Below, one piece after another: positions 48,763-48,993 of a stretch of 48,993 nucleotides of DNA. A program made the translations under genes and the position numbers. The stretch is from Cyanophora paradoxa CCMP329 (Eukaryota > Plantae > Glaucophyta). The notes below the pieces were generated by a model, which was given only the letters and a program-made list of their open reading frames with translations, ran no database searches and was not told the origin of the DNA. The stretch is from contig QPMI01000321.1 of assembly GCA_004431415.1 (NCBI GenBank), positions 1 to 48,993 of the forward strand. Reading direction: 5' to 3'. Numbering within the stretch: position 1 is the first letter of the stretch; each line of letters opens with the position of its first letter.

Positions 48763-48993
48763 GAGAGGGGGGCGGGCCCGCTGCTGATGGGTTTTTAAGA
48801 GAAGGAAGCAAGGAAAGTATGCAATTAGTACCGGCATGCGCTTTCGTTCGCCGGTTGATCGCGTTGCGCCGTGAAAAGGCTCGCTTCTCTGTTCAGCTGC
48901 TGTGTGGCCAATTGGCCACACGCCACAGAGAGCGATTGGATTAGCGCTGCGAGCAAGTTAGGCAGTTTATGTAGCTTCAAAGTAAGGCGACTC

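Larger units (their letters stand above)
37535..48993 (-). repeat. Inverted copy of 26031-37517 (right arm of a >=23 kb palindrome)
   Basis: Unique segments, both arrays and rare unit variants are mirrored (32061 GCGCATTAGTCC vs ~42936 GGACTAATGCGC; 26631 GGGTCCCCGCCTAGG vs ~48374 CCTAGGCGGGGACCC). The window end matches the reverse complement of sequence starting at 26031. Confidence 0.95.

Noticed and set aside
26080-48944. Repeated ORFs such as MSGLKRRRRRAGP.. and MARRGPYKRASTD..
   Set aside because: They are translations of satellite units; the frame is broken by variable homopolymer lengths and there is no sign of coding constraint.

Overview
Very GC-rich eukaryotic (protist/alga-like, taxon not assignable from sequence alone) nuclear DNA in two parts. 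Bases 1-~25,050 are a compact gene cluster with many short introns, so the ORF track is mostly spurious and the genes were rebuilt by hand-splicing. It holds a UBR/PRT6-type E3 ligase C-terminus, a PSI-domain type I membrane protein, a cathepsin D-like aspartic protease, ALG10, LSM6, a stand-alone ThiE, eIF3f, COX19, a CPA2/KEA-TMCO3-like antiporter, an unknown protein, a myristoylation/PH-like protein and a tandem-CCCH polyQ protein. Many introns use GC donors with almost no intronic consensus, and micro-exons are common. Bases 25,303-37,534 form a non-coding ~12.2 kb unit bounded by a perfect 23-bp inverted repeat. Inside it, two related ~160-bp satellite arrays point in opposite directions around an AT-richer core, which resembles a foldback element or a centromere. 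Exactly at this unit's right-hand inverted repeat the sequence folds back, and 37,535-48,993 is an inverted copy of 26,031-37,517. The second arm carries many 1-nt deletions, so a read or amplification fold-back artefact must be excluded.
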